Shown here: in pieces, positions 1-13,742 of the stretch | How positions within the stretch are numbered: the first letter of the stretch is position 1 | How the letters are laid out: each line of letters starts with the position of its first letter | Assembly (NCBI GenBank): GCA_002633005.1 | Contig: NMRA01000079.1 | Span: forward strand, 742,077 to 806,076 | Direction of reading: 5' to 3' | Source: Phoronis australis | Lineage: Eukaryota > Animalia > Phoronida | DNA: 64,000 nucleotides | Notes under the pieces: model-generated | What the model was told of the DNA's origin: nothing | Seen by the model: the letters and a program-made list of their open reading frames with translations, nothing else | The model's database searches: none | Program-made: the position numbers and the translations under genes

Positions 1-49
1 TGGATCATGTTTTGAACCGAGAAGGTGTCGTCTTGGAGAATCCAGGCAC
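1..49 (-). CDS. futsch: futsch/MAP1 coding exon 4, partial (GAWILQDDTFSVQNMI...), runs off the window
   Basis: gttttcag acceptor ending at 50. Continues the frame as G-AWILQDDTFS, matching the conserved 'G.WILQDGTFS' motif. Confidence 0.88.
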
Positions 50-1399
50 CTGAAAACGAGAAAAAGTCACCTTTGCAATAGCACTGTAACAACAACTGCC
101 GCCACTAAACAAAAATACTGAAAATGACAAGAAGTAGATATTGAAAAAGGTGCACTGATTTTTTAGAAACAAGATACGTTAAAATAAAAAAAAAAAACTA
201 AATTCAATGCATCAGTTTGGGAATGGCAACCAAATTCAGTTACGGAAAAACAATTAACAGAAAGAAAAACAACGTAACGTGATAGCTTTAAAGATTTGAA
301 CTTGTATGTAAAGGGACACTAACTGTTTTTATACTGGTTCTACATGAAAATTAAGCCCATAATTATCAACGACTAGGGGCAGATAGTGATGACGTCTCAC
401 CCCTAGCAACTACTCCACATTGGGAGACAAGCAATATAGTGGTGGCTTATTAACCATGTACTATCATGTTAGGTACAAAACTGGCAAAATTCAACGAAAA
501 TTAAGATTTCAAAAACCTAAATCTCATGCCACAGCAACTGTGGACCATAGCATATTAACCACGTGTGTTATAAAATGAAGTTTGATTGATTTTTGATTTT
601 CCAGAACTTTTGAGGCCATAACCAAGATGGTGGAATCTCCCAGAGTAACTCCAATGAGGTGATTTTACTTTCCAACACGATTGTGTCCCAAAACTTGTCT
701 TGCTACCATCAGAACAATTGGATGCTGTATCAAAAGGAACTGTGAGACTGAGACCACATGTGTCCCTAGGTTTCAGCTGTAGTGCATGTTGTTTGCAATG
801 GGGCAACTTGACACACGTGCGACAACATAGCCCACGTCATTATGATAGAATAACTTGTTCTACGGTAATTTGTCCAAGTGCAAGTCACAAATGTGGACGC
901 AAACCTACAGACCAGGTGTAGGCTTGCTCAGTTACACAGGGGTGTCTAATTAGTTTGCTAGGTGTAAGGTGAGTAGCCAGGGCTCTCATCTTAACAGAGT
1001 CAAGTTGCTCTGGGTTGTGTTGTTCTCTGGTAACTTGTAGTGAGGGTACGACTTCTGACACATAGACACCCAATTTCTGATGTCCTTTTGACAATTTTAA
1101 CCACCCAAACGTCCCGCATATGGGTGAAGAGACATATTTAGCGCAGCTATGTTATTAAGAATATCCCATCTATTATAACCATATACTAATGAAAACGAAT
1201 AAAAACTCTTCAATAAAAGGCAAGCACAGAATTTCAAGCGCGATGAATAACCTGGCACCAACTAATCAGCACACAGAAAATAAAGGAAGGTCTCAGTATA
1301 ATATTACATGATGAACACTAAGCATATTAAATATAAACAACAAAATAAATTAAATATCAAGAAACATTATCACCAAAAATGTTGTGTACTCTTGATCAG

Positions 1400-1455
1400 C
1401 CACAAGATGGATTTGAACCTACGACCTCAGCAGCTGGGGCTAGACAGCTAGTCGA
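1400..1455 (-). mobile_element. Degenerate tRNA-derived SINE head
   Basis: Reverse strand reads gaggtcgtaggttcaaatcc (B box), similar to gaggtcgtgggttcaagtcc at ~10138. Confidence 0.45.
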
Positions 1456-2312
1456 TCAAAAACCAAAACATCTCGTGACATTCCTTGCCATGACAGGTAA
1501 GAGATTAGTAGGGTTGGCCAAACCCAAAAAACTATGAAGCATGTTCGTGAGTCGCTGATGATTTCATTGTCATTGGTAACGGAAATCGAAGAAAAAAGTA
1601 AGGAATATCACAAAAAAGCAATTTTATATTGGTAAGAAGGATATTCCATTCATTTTTTTTGCCTGTTACCATGGTGAAACGCAGATTTAACTGATAAGGT
1701 TGCCAGCCTTGATTTCAGTTAACCATACTGAATGACTAGAATCCTTAGAAGGGAATGAAATTTGCAATAAAATCATAAAACACTATTGACTTTTATGTTT
1801 ATAGGTATGGCCAACAGTAATAATATCAAGAAGCCTATCCAGACACAAAATCCAAAAATGCATTTTTCGACCCTATAATCAATTGAGCCATATAATGAGT
1901 CATGCAAATCCAGGAAAGGGTATACAACAACCATGCTTAGCCAACATTGATCTTACCGCTATCATCTGGACACAGTATAATAACAAAAAAAAGACCATGA
2001 CTATCAATGCCAAAAATACCAATATCGGTTACAATGGGCTGTACCATTGAAATCAAAATATGATTCTCATTATCAACAAATATGACTATGCAACACAATA
2101 TTCTAAGATAACAACTTATGGTCTGGGGTCTGTTTCATGAAAACTGACATGAGACTTGAGCCAGAAATTTGGTCTTCAGCTCCACAAAACTATTTCAGAA
2201 AAATAATTAAATCTCACTCGAGCAAAAATGCAAAATCTCTGAGAATACAATGATAATCCCTAATTGAAATTATTGCTAGATAGTGAGGCACTCATAATAA
2301 CTTGACTGAATC

Positions 2313-2380
2313 AAGTGGGACTGCAAGACCAAATGAAATGGGACTGCAAGACCAAATGAAGTGGGACTGCAAGACCAAAT
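2313..2380. repeat. 23-bp tandem repeat x3 inside a degenerate MITE (~2125-2415)
   Basis: tgggactgcaagaccaaatgaa repeated; the surrounding tttcatgaaa ends at ~2133 and ~2404. Confidence 0.75.
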
Positions 2381-3148
2381 TTCTGTCTTAAGTCTTAAGT
2401 CACTTTCATGAAAGAAGAGAAAATTACGTTAACTAAAATTTAAAAGTTATAATTGGATAAATGGATACATGAACCTTTTTTCGTTTTGCTAGGTTATGGA
2501 GTCACGTGAAAACTTTCAGTTTGCTAGCCTCTACGGGTTTAAGTTGATATCTTAATTGCTCCAAAACAGAGGACAACCCTGTATCCTTTAAAAGAAAATG
2601 AGTACCATTGAGCTACGGCCAGTCAAAAATGCAAATACAAGATGGTGGACACATCCAGTCCTTTCTTTCTTTCTTCTAATAGAAAATTGAAGGAGATACT
2701 CAAATTACAATTTTAGAAAAAGTCAACAACATTTCTTCTACTTGAAAATTGGCAAAGTTTTGGATCGGAATTTTCTGGCCTACTTCTAAATGATTTGGTA
2801 CTCTTTAATGTTTAGTTTCCGTCCAACGATAGTAAAAGCCAAAAGTGCTCATACAAAATGACCTGAAATTCCGTCAGGACGGCTGAGTAGAAGTCGAATG
2901 TACCATCAGAGTAGTATTGTGATTGAGAATCAAGGAGAATTATTAAGAAAGTTACCAAGGTGGCTCAAGCCATTCTGCTACACAAATTTTTCCTGTTCAA
3001 AGAACTAGCCGCCATGACTGGAAAACGGTATGTTGTCTGATTACTTTTGTCTTGTACTGTAAAGGTTTCCACCATGTGTAGTGTGTTTGGAAAGAACTAC
3101 ATTGAATTTCACAGAATGTTTATGGTCACCAGCCAAAAGGTGCCTCAC

Positions 3149-3304
3149 CTGTCCCTTGGAACGAATGGCCAGCGAAGATGACATGCTTGTGCTTAGATGG
3201 GGTCACCAGTAAGTCGCGGAGACTGTCTTTTACGCCACTCACGATGGGATTGGCCAAAATAGTGACGACACATCCCTCCTCGGCAGACTTGATGGTGACA
3301 TCGC
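3149..3304 (-). CDS. futsch: futsch/MAP1 coding exon 3 (GDVTIKSAEEGCVVTILANPIVSGVKDSLRDLLVTPSKHKHVIFAGHSFQGTG)
   Basis: ttttatttcag acceptor and CAG|gtgag donor; 156 nt, phase 1-1. Matches the futsch 'IL..P......R.LL....+H+H+I.AG..F.G.G' segment. Confidence 0.9.
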
Positions 3305-4285
3305 CTGAAATAAAACAGTGATTTAACGGGATCAGTTAGCTTTTTTGAAGGGGAATTTGGTGAAGATTTTGCGTACTGCACTTGCTTTGGATGGAACTTG
3401 GAATCTCCAGAGCGAATTTTTATAAAACTAAAATTAATCAAAAATAGCAATTCTTCAAACCGAATGTACTGACACTGTGATTAAGTTGCATAATGCAAAC
3501 ACTGTATTTCTGAATGGGCGAATTGCTGCCATGAGCATTAAATTACCCATTTCTAGGAACAATCATTGCCAAAGTCAATCAAGAAATTGTTATGTATCAA
3601 GGCCGTAAATAACAATCGCGTGTTTATCTCAGCCAATGGTAGTCCAGTTAAAGCAAGTATATGAGCTAACTCAGTATAGCAAATGTTTTACTCACTACCT
3701 CATACTTCCTGGTTGACGAATTGTTATTTTTACTAAATTTCGTTTTGTTACAAAAAGGCTGAGAATGGCAAGTAAAACATGCCAAATAGATAAAAAAATG
3801 CTTTAAAAAATGGCAACCTTCCCCTTTAGGCACACACCGTCAACAGGAATTGATTGCCATATATGAGAAATCTATATGAAAAACATACAACAGTTATAAT
3901 TATCATATAAGATTTTGTAAATGTGAAGCATAGTTGCTATTTCTAGAGTGACATTGCTCAATCAGAGCATTTTTTGTGTTTATGATAGCCCCGGAGAACC
4001 ATCCACACCCTTCCGTTTAATCACGCGCCAAAAATAAAATGCACTGTAAAATTTCACCAAATCTGGGCAAAAATGATTGTCAAATTTTCTTTTTGCATTT
4101 AACAAGGTCTCTTACATTGTTGCGATTGTCCCGAAACATTCAAAATATTGCCCGGTGGTAGCTATGGTATACAGTTTGTACAATTAGTAAAGCATTGGAT
4201 TTGTGCTCAACACAATTATACCTTTCATGAAACGAATTGAGAAAATGAAAAGTTCACTTATCCATCATAGTGTGTCCTATATTGG

Positions 4286-4529
4286 TGAGATATTACTGTA
4301 ATGTTTAGTCAAACGATTTACCATGTTACAAACTGAGATATTACTGTAATGTTTAGTCAAACGATTTACCATGTTACAGACTGAGATATTACTGTAATGT
4401 TTAGTCAAACGATTTACCATGTTACAAACTGAGATATTACTGTAATCATGTTTAGTCAAACGATTTACCATGTTACAAAATGAGATATTACTGTAATGTT
4501 TAGTCAAACCAATTACCATGTTACAAACT
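4286..4529. repeat. 48-bp minisatellite, ~5 copies
   Basis: Unit tgagatattactgtaatgtttagtcaaacgatttaccatgttacaaac; head-to-tail with no spacers. Confidence 0.92.
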
Positions 4530-7500
4530 ATCAGCAAGGGCAAACTAGCCAGGATATTTTATCTGCAAAATTGTGAAGTAGCACCTGTCTTACCAGGTTT
4601 TGTTATGGGACTGTACAGACACTGGCTTTAGTAATTAGTAATATTGTTTTATTATATTAGTGGTAATTACTAGATGAAACTATTAAGAACAGGTGCAGAA
4701 TGATGTGTGACTTCTATCAAAGTGAGTTCAGTCTGCAATACTGCATAAGCACTGACTTAAGTAGATAGGTCCCGTCTGCGCTGTGTAAACCGACTGTGAT
4801 GCCTAACCTGTCTGTGCTGCCTTCCCTGTCGGCATCACTGCAGGTTGGCGGATGGGTTACCTCTCCACAATTCTATGGACATTTCTGTTTGACATCAAGC
4901 ACATTGACCATAATGGAGTTCAGTCTTCAATTTCATGAATGTAATAAAATGTTGATTTCGAGAATATTTGTACGATTTTGAAAGATTTAAAGACTCAATT
5001 TTCTTCCAAAGGTGTTCATTTACACTTGAAGGGTACGCATTGAAACGTGGCTTACAGTTTGGGTTAAGTGTAATTTGCAGTATGGATTAGGATGTGCTGC
5101 CACCTATGGCTTTAACAAGTAGTTAGTAAATTAATCAAGATAATACTGTACAGTTACTAGAGTAACTTTAAGAGAATGATCTGTGTCTGCAAGTTGATCA
5201 ATTTTTAGAACGCAGTGGTCTACAATTCAATAACTATTTTGTCTTCTTCATTGCCACTAGACTAACTGAATACCTACAGAGTTGTACGTATCAGGAGAAA
5301 AAAAGCAGATTCCACAATTACTCATTTCTCAAACATTTGTTCAAACAACAGCTGACACTGGGCTGCTGGAAAAACGTTAATTGTGACTCATTACCTCCTC
5401 TACACAAATGTGCCACACTGATGCAGATCGGTCAGCTGACTTGGTATTTATCAAGTGTGGTTAGAAATCAATAAATGAGATCCCAGAAGGGGCTCTGAGG
5501 ATACTCGTTAGGCGACGCAAATGTACAATAATCCATGACCACGAGTGTATATTTGCGCCAGAAGATGTTTGTTTCAAACCAAAGCCTAAACTTGAGGGCT
5601 GCGTTCCACCATTGGAAGAGAAAAAGCAGTACCACACAAAGTCACACGAGCGAGAGACGAGTGTTTCGCGAGAAGGCTCAGAAGCTTACTAAGGATAACT
5701 TAGAAAAATGGCGGCCAGGACCATGCCTGCCCGATAAATAGAATTTTAATTTTCGAAGCTGAACTTCGCCCTGTTAAGCTCACCTAAAACAAAAATAAAA
5801 AATAAGGCCTCTTACTTTCATAAAATTGCTTTCGTAATATTCCTTACACTACAATGGCAGGATTCTATTTCAGACTAAAATGACACGCAGGCAATGCTTA
5901 TATGCGCCATTTTCTGGGTTGGCAAATCAAATAGAATCCTTTCATGTCAAGGACCTATTACATGAAACAGACTTTACGAGAGTACAAGGTGGAATTCTAT
6001 TTTTGTTTTTTTTTAAGTCGGCTTAACAATGTGAAATGGAGCTTACTAACCTATCAAGTTAACTTGAAATTCTGCTCGGCTTGTTTGCCACTGAGCAACA
6101 TTGAAGTAAAGGTTGGTAGAATTGTCAGCTGGTTAAGTCCGACCACATTCTTTTGTTTTAGACAAAATGCATATAATCACCAGGGTAAAGTGGAAATACG
6201 GTAAAATCCCACTGCTCCGAACACACTCACTACTTGGACCATCGAATTTCACAACAGAAAAAATATAACAAAAAATTACTAGCTACAGGTGTAGACTGTT
6301 TTTAGAGACATCAGCTGAACAGTGCAGTACATATCTGAAACATTAAAAATCAATGGCAATTTTGATATGTCTTATTTTTTAAATTTGAATCGCTTCATGA
6401 AATTCTGATCATTGCCGCTCAGTGCAAGGGAGATTGCTGTTTCACCAAGAACTATTTTGATAAGATTAGGTCAAGCTGAATGACAACCACTGCATACACA
6501 GTAATGTCCACATTGTCAATTACCATAGTTAACTATTCACATGTTATACAAAACATTATTTATTCATGTTGTATACCTGACACTTCCCATGTTGAGTGAC
6601 AAGGCAGTGTAGTTCCCCACCCAATAGGTTCACTAGTCCTAACAATCAAACTCTAATTTTTAGTGTGATATTTCAAAGCTTAGCAGTGGAGTAGTTTTCA
6701 ACATAAACTGGACAGACTACCACAGAGCTGTGTTTATGACTCCACCAAACTAATGACAAACCTCAGGCCAGAATTGTTTGGCAGTTTAGTTGTACATTTG
6801 TCACAATATATTAGCAGTTTTGCTAAAATTTTGCCAGACTTTAACGCAACATTATAACTCTTAAATGCTTAGAATTGGCTATTTTTGAATAGTTGCAAAC
6901 TGTGTGGACCAACACCTGTCGAGATTTTTAGCCAGAATTACATCCAAGTCACATTTTTGTGCCACGAAAATTTTCCCAATTTCGACGTTGACCAGTTTAT
7001 TTCGAAAACTAGTGTAACTTAGAACAGAACAGCAACATAACAAATAAAACCCTCTTATTTCGCGGAGGAAATGCCCTGTACGACTGACCTGACGTCATAT
7101 GTGAGCTGAATACGCCAAGTTTAGAACAATACTTTTAGGTCACTCAACTTGTCAAATTTCCTGGTGTCATAGCATTGTGGGCGATTAGTTATAAAAATTT
7201 ATAGTGGAGAACTGTATTTTGTTGAGCAGGGCCACAAAAGATAGCAATCCGTAAGTTCTTTTCAGGCCCATAGTCAGTTGACATCCTGAGTACTTAGTAC
7301 TTAAAGATTTCATCTTAAGGGGTTATTCTAGTACAAACACTTGAAAATACATACCAAGTAATAACAAGTTAAATATGCCTATATGTTTTCCTCTTTTCTG
7401 TTATCAAATTACAGGCCTTTTTAACCCAATTTTGTGCATTGGCCAATATAAAAAATCTTTGGTTATACTTAAGTCTACTTCCGTGACACAACGTTACCTC

Positions 7501-9552
7501 TTACCTCAGTTCACGAACAATTCCTAAAATGCCAGTCATGCCTGCCGTGAAAACCTATTGATACCACCTGAGCCTCACACTGTAGTTATTTCATTCGGTG
7601 GTTTGAGATTCCCATTTTAGTCAAATTTGCTTGTATAGTTTCCACATGTTAAGCCATTTTTTTGCATATTATGAAGAATTTAATATTGACGCAAGTTGAA
7701 ATGGTGAATATGTCGCACTTCCCGCAACCAGCACTAAGTACCTCAACTCGTCATGAAGGTACGGTAGATTTTTTGGGCAATTACGTTAAATTTTATTTTG
7801 GAAACTAACACGAATGCATTTGTGAGGCGTATGAATTTTATGGCAAAATGTCATGCGAGCAGGTGCAAAATATTTCAAAGCAGCGATGAACAGTTTGAAA
7901 ATGATGCGCATGCTAGACCGGGCCCAAACATGCAGCAAGACCCGGCCCAAATATGCTTTTTTGATAAACTCCGAAGACATTATTGGCTTCAAGGTTGAAA
8001 AATGCATTTGTGTGATTATTGTTAGTCTTGTTAAAATTATTAGCTTTGACTGGAGCTGAGAACAAAATCCATTGTTTTTGTGATTTGATTAAAAACTGCA
8101 AATTCTTGCAATGGCCTGCAAGACGTTCATTGAAATCAAGCCGTTGACTTTAGCAGTCAAGAAGACATAAAATATTGGAGTTTACCTCTACCAGCAGAGC
8201 GGTTGGCTACGACCATTTGAGTTGCAGGTTCGAATTCGCATTGGGGTTGATCTCAGAAAATCACTTTTCACCCTGACATATGTCACTTCTCACTGGCCTT
8301 CAAAAGCCCAGTTGTGGATTATGTGTTTTTCTAAGCGAAACCCAGTTAGCCATTTAGGTCAATCACTTATCCTGGTGAAATGCACTCAGATAGCAAATGA
8401 AATCACACAATGTTAAAATGGCACTGCCTAATGAAAATCAAATCTAAAAGGAAAGAATATTTACACTAATGTGACCCACAGGTCCTTCAATTTGTCTCTT
8501 AGATTTGAGGTCATTTGAGTCCATTGACCCACAGCCGCATTTTCTAAAACGATCCCAAGTATATGAGGATACATTTACACTCCATGAACATATCTCGTGG
8601 GAATAAATTCACTGCGAAACTGTTCGCGCGTGCAATGGGCTCACTTCCTGTCGCAGTGCTAAATTGAATGCAAAATCGAAGGGAAGCTGATACCTAAGTA
8701 GGCTGACATAATGTCTGGATCAATAACTCGCTAAGTACACTACACGAGAACAGGAAAAAAATCAGCAATACAATGCAGTCTATGCTTGGTCACTGAACAG
8801 TGGTGTGGTGAATTTTCAGTAATTCCGCACAAAAATAATTGACAAAATTGCCATTTCGCTATTTTTCACAAATTGATTACCGTGAACATGCCATTAATCA
8901 ATGTTGTCAGGTGTTTCCCATTCCCGAATGCTTGTTCAATGCAAACCATGTCGCTCATACAATAAGAATTAGAGGTATGAGAAGCCTTGTTTATGGCTAT
9001 TATCTTGGGACCCCCCATTTCATACATTAGTGAGAGTCAAATATTTCATTACTTTTGCAATGACTACACTAATCGCGTAGTGAAATTAGGGAACTTAATA
9101 GTCCTTCTTCTCTATGGTTATACTCAGATCAGAATGGGATTCATATACAGTTACGTTTTTTGGTTAAAGTAATATTTAAGTCCAATCTTCATTTATCTAA
9201 GCTTGAAGTGGCTAGTTTTGACCCGTCAAAGCACTGTTTGATATAACTTTGATTTACAGCAAATTAATAATTAAAACTCTACTCTCTAACGCAGAAGAGA
9301 AATTTGTGTCACCAAATCTTTCAAGAAAAAGAACATTTCAGAAAAATTTGCTTCGTTTTTGACACAGTTTAATTTAAAAAAAACCTTGGAAATTTGTACT
9401 CATGTAGCAAGTGTATGAAAAGATCTATAAAGTTATGGTTATTCTAGTAACCATTTTTGTCCTATATTGAAGAACTTTTACCGCACACAACAGCAGAAAA
9501 CCTGGAGTTGGCATGTTTCAACTTAAATCCTGAGCTACTGCATGTGTCTTAC

Positions 9553-9651
9553 CGAATTCCCCTTCCTCTCCATTGGGGGCAGCATCTGCGATACGTTCGA
9601 GAACGCCACCGATATCACATCCCGTTGCGTCAGTATCCCAGGACAGAAAGC
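9553..9651 (-). CDS. futsch: futsch/MAP1 coding exon 2 (GFLSWDTDATGCDIGGVLERIADAAPNGEEGEFG)
   Basis: ttaatttgcag acceptor and G|gtaag donor; 99 nt, phase 1-1. Matches the MAP1/futsch 'G..SWD.D...CD......IA..AP.GEE..FG' segment. Confidence 0.9.
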
Positions 9652-10093
9652 CTGCAAATTAATACAGAAAATGTAATTTTCTACTTTCTAGCCATGTCTA
9701 ATCTTTAATGTCATACTTAAGGTGAGAAAACAACAAGTTGAGCTGAAGGAAATGCTGATAGGATAAAACACCACAACACCATGACCATCGGTGTTTCACT
9801 TAACTGAAGCATTAAGAAAGAATGCTTTGGAAGTAAACCACTTTCAGGGAAAACTCTTACAGATAACAAAAGCGTTAAAACACTCACAAAATTACACAAG
9901 CAGACTGGCAGACTTGCTGAGTCGAGCAGCAAAGTCAGCACATTGTCTGTTGCAATCGACCTGCAGAAGGCCTAGAAGTCTATGTGTGTCAACCTTTCTT
10001 GTTTTGCATAATTTATTTCACAAAATTCAGACACCAATGTCCTGTTATTATTCCTATTATTAAAATGTCTATGGTGACATAGTTAAAGAACCG

Positions 10094-10200
10094 AGGAGGC
10101 AGTGTGGCCTGGTTGATAAGTGCCCGCTTTCTTTACTCGAGGTCGTGGGTTCAAGTCCTACCAGGTCACACTGCTAAACCCTTGAGCCAGGATTCTAGCT
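10094..10200 (+). mobile_element. tRNA-derived SINE head
   Basis: A-box-like tggcctggttga, B-box ggttcaagtcc, then a cccttgagc core-like motif; no full cloverleaf. Confidence 0.6.
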
Positions 10201-13200
10201 TCCCAGCTCGGTTTTAACCATATATCAATAAAGCATAAAAATATTTCCAGGTGATCAGTGCAATGGGCCCACATGCGAGGCCTGCGCACGTCTGGTACAA
10301 CGTATATCAGACCGCCTGCAATTAGTTAAAGAACCATGTATATGCATTATTTACACAAACACTAAAGACAGCTTTGGACAGCATGGAAAGATACAGGATG
10401 GCATTTGCGATCCAGCCGAAATCAAAGCTTACTGTCTTTTAAAATTCAGCTTGCACACACATAAATCCCAGGTCACAAAACCTTAAGGATCAAAAACAAA
10501 AATGTTGGGGCGAGTTGTTACGACATCTATTTTCCAGTTCAACAAAAGAACTGTTGAGGCCTTTTCAAGGAATGAGACTCAGACCACACGAGTTAGACCA
10601 GCCCAACACAAGAGTTGGCCAATATCTCAGCTGGCATATCTAAATTTCTGGTTACAAATACCACTCTTTACGCCAATCCCTGGAAGACATGATTTCTGAA
10701 GCAGTTTTTCATAAAAAATTGCACAATTTCAAGTTCATTCTTAACGCCGACGTGTGAGATTTTCTCATGTCTACAAAAAGTCTGTTAGTTGAGAGTAATT
10801 TTATTTTTTCACATTTTTGTCAATCTTCTAACATTACGTATAAGGTGCTGCGCCTGAATTGCATTGTGGAATATATTTATAGACATCTTTTATGTTGACT
10901 AAGCTTAAAATAGACGTAGAGTGGAACACTAGAACACATGGCATGTGGTTCCAGCTCAACACCAAATACTTTCAGTGAAAAACATGCATATGACTGACAT
11001 TTTCAGAGTGGAATATCGTAACACCTAAAATTCAAGAAATCTTTTAAACAATTACATACATCTAAGAAAAGGATGAAGATAAACTATCAGGGCCAAGGTT
11101 AGGGGATTTGGGGGGAGGAGTAGGAGGGGCAAATGATAGATTTGTTGACTCTGGTCTTGACTTTGTATCTGAAAAAAACATCTCGGTGCAACTGGATCTG
11201 ACTTATCCAGAGAACTTTGTGTATTTATGGCAATGTAAGGTTTGGAAAATGAAAACGGAAAACTCTGGCAAAAATTTTCATTGTCACATTATCGGTGTCC
11301 TTATTGACTGCACCTGAAATGAGTTAAGTTCATCCAGTGCAATGATTTAAAAATATGATATGATCACTACTTGTATGCCCAGTCACAGTGAACACATGGC
11401 AATTGGCTACCAAGGAACAGACTATCATGTCTGTAGTCATGGCAACCAGACCAGATAAACCAGCATTTATTGAGTTATTGTTGCTTTGAAAGAGCTTCCT
11501 GATTAGTCATGTGTGTATTTGAAGGGCAAAAGTGAGAAAGAAGAAATTAGAAGTCATCTTATAACCAGGGGTAGGAAACGATTCCAGGGTAGACTTGGTG
11601 AGTTTAGCCAGCTCGTATAATGCGACCTCAGATTGTCAGCAACAAATTCAACTGGATCCTCACTCACGCAAGTCGCCAAACACGGATGAAATAATTTTCC
11701 ATCACTCACTTAATGAAGCTACGTTTTCTGAACAAAATAATTCAACATTTCTAACTCTCCTTACAGATGTAGATAGAGAAATGTAAAGTAAGGTTTGTTT
11801 GTGAAATAAGGACACGATTAATTCGTGTGACATCAAATACCTCCTTTATAAATATTTGCAACAAATAAAATCAGGGACAAATCCAACATATTGTTTAAAT
11901 ATATGGTCAGTCTGGAACAAAGCATTGCCTAGTCATCATGCCATGAAATGCGAGCTACACATAATGATGGCGTTTTCAAAGATATTTTTGAACGTCCTCT
12001 GAGGTTTTTGAATTTTTAAAGGTGCTTATGCGGTCAGAAATGAATTAAAAATTTATTGCCATCTCCTAAACACTTTACAATAACTTTTCTGACAAAGAGT
12101 TCCAACTCTGATAAGAGTGCCGTGGCAGGTCTTTAATGCTGAATATCGATGACCCGGTATTCACTGGATGACGCTCCCAAATAAAGATCCCTCTTTTTGA
12201 GATCCTTACAGACAGCTTAAGAGCAGAAAGCAGTAATACTCAGAATTGAGGCATTCAAATAATAAGAGAGCCATGTGATTAATATACCTGGATGGAAGTA
12301 TTGGTATAGGAAGGTACGTTACCTGACAAGCAACACCTAGTGAATTTTGAGTTTCCCGTTTCGAGGGCGATCATGGAATTGTTTCCACCCCCTGTTCATT
12401 CCCTTGATCTGCACAAAACAGGCTCACATTAACTGGCAGAGTTCCAAGACATTAGTAAGAAAAAGAGAGCCATGCAAACTAATCACCCGGGCTGCAATTC
12501 ATCAACTTACTGCTCTGGTTCTACAGTTAAAAGGAATTTACACTGCAGCAAAGCTTCAGGTCTAGAAAGATGTGAATTTTGGAAAATTTATACTACTGCA
12601 AAGACATTCCATATCCATCAGTGGTACTGCAATGTGAAACACCTCAAGGATGACAATAGTAAGAATTGGTAAGGGGTCAGTCATAACTTCCAAGACCTGC
12701 CCATCACGTACCCATAGAAACTCGTCACTAAATAACCTTATCTTGTTCTTAGTTATTTAGTATTAAAAAAGCAGCGAACCTACCCGAGTCTGCGTACATG
12801 GAATAACTGTCTAAATGTGAAATCAAAGTAATTATAATTGAACTGGCATCCGTATCACAATAACTACAATTATGTTGTAATTTGGTTCAATGAGGAAAAT
12901 ATTAGTGGAACATAGTAAAGTGTGATAATACGAATACAACATGGCAAGCAAGTTGCTATTTATGAATGACTATTAAACTAGAGCGAATGAGGTGCTGACT
13001 GCATTATACGTACTGTGACGTAGGAGCGGAGTGCAGACAATGCGTGCCTGCGATGTACATGGTTAGAGCAAAGATCGATTTTTTGCAAACTAGATACAAT
13101 TTAACTACATAAATACAAATGCAGCTTGGCTAGTGTATAATACCTTCAGGTCACGTTTTGCTCTGTTTAGCTGGTTCAAAACGAAAATCAAATTATGCTT

Positions 13201-13490
13201 TTTGCTTTCATAAAATTGGTCTCGTAATATGCCTCACTTCAGCATTCCAGTTTTGTTACTAACAAGAACAATTGCGTGACTGAAGAAAAAACGGTGTAGT
13301 TTATTCAGGTTGGCCAACCACAAAACTAAGAATTTGACAATTGCAAATTTAAAAATTGTGTACATGGTGAGTAGCTAATGTAAACAGAGGCCCATTGTAA
13401 GGAATATTATGCGCCCAATGTTATGGGAGTAATAGGGACTAATGGCCTAACTTGAGTTGGTTTTTTCCCCATCTAAACTGGATGGAATAC

Positions 13491-13742
13491 AGGAGCCTGC
13501 TCCAAGAAACAAACTTAAGTTCATTTTTGACTGAAGTTTAAGATTTTTCTTAAATTCCTAACTTTGAAACTTCCACATTCGGTAAGATAGTCAAAATCAA
13601 GACAAAAATTATGTCACACACTTAAGTCGAACTTAAGATCTCTTTCTTGAATTGGTTTTGAGACAAATTTAACTTGTATATTAAAATTTACTATAATTTA
13701 AGATTTGCCTTAGCTAATTCAGTTTTGTTGGAACGGGCCCCA
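13491..13742. mobile_element. Degenerate MITE
   Basis: ggagcctgctccaagaaac ... gttttgttggaacgggcccc inverted ends; internal acttaag-rich subrepeats. Confidence 0.45.

Noticed and set aside
4277-4543. Repetitive-peptide ORF or CRISPR-like array
   Set aside because: A 48-bp head-to-tail minisatellite with no spacers and no cas genes, in a eukaryotic intron.
5495-5506. U12-type 5' splice site (gtatcctc on the - strand)
   Set aside because: Imperfect match to RTATCCTTT, and the phase is incompatible with futsch exon 3 for the nearest ATG.
10094-10170. tRNA gene (also B-box-like hits at ~1410 and ~8227)
   Set aside because: A/B boxes are present but no complete cloverleaf could be drawn; fits SINE heads.
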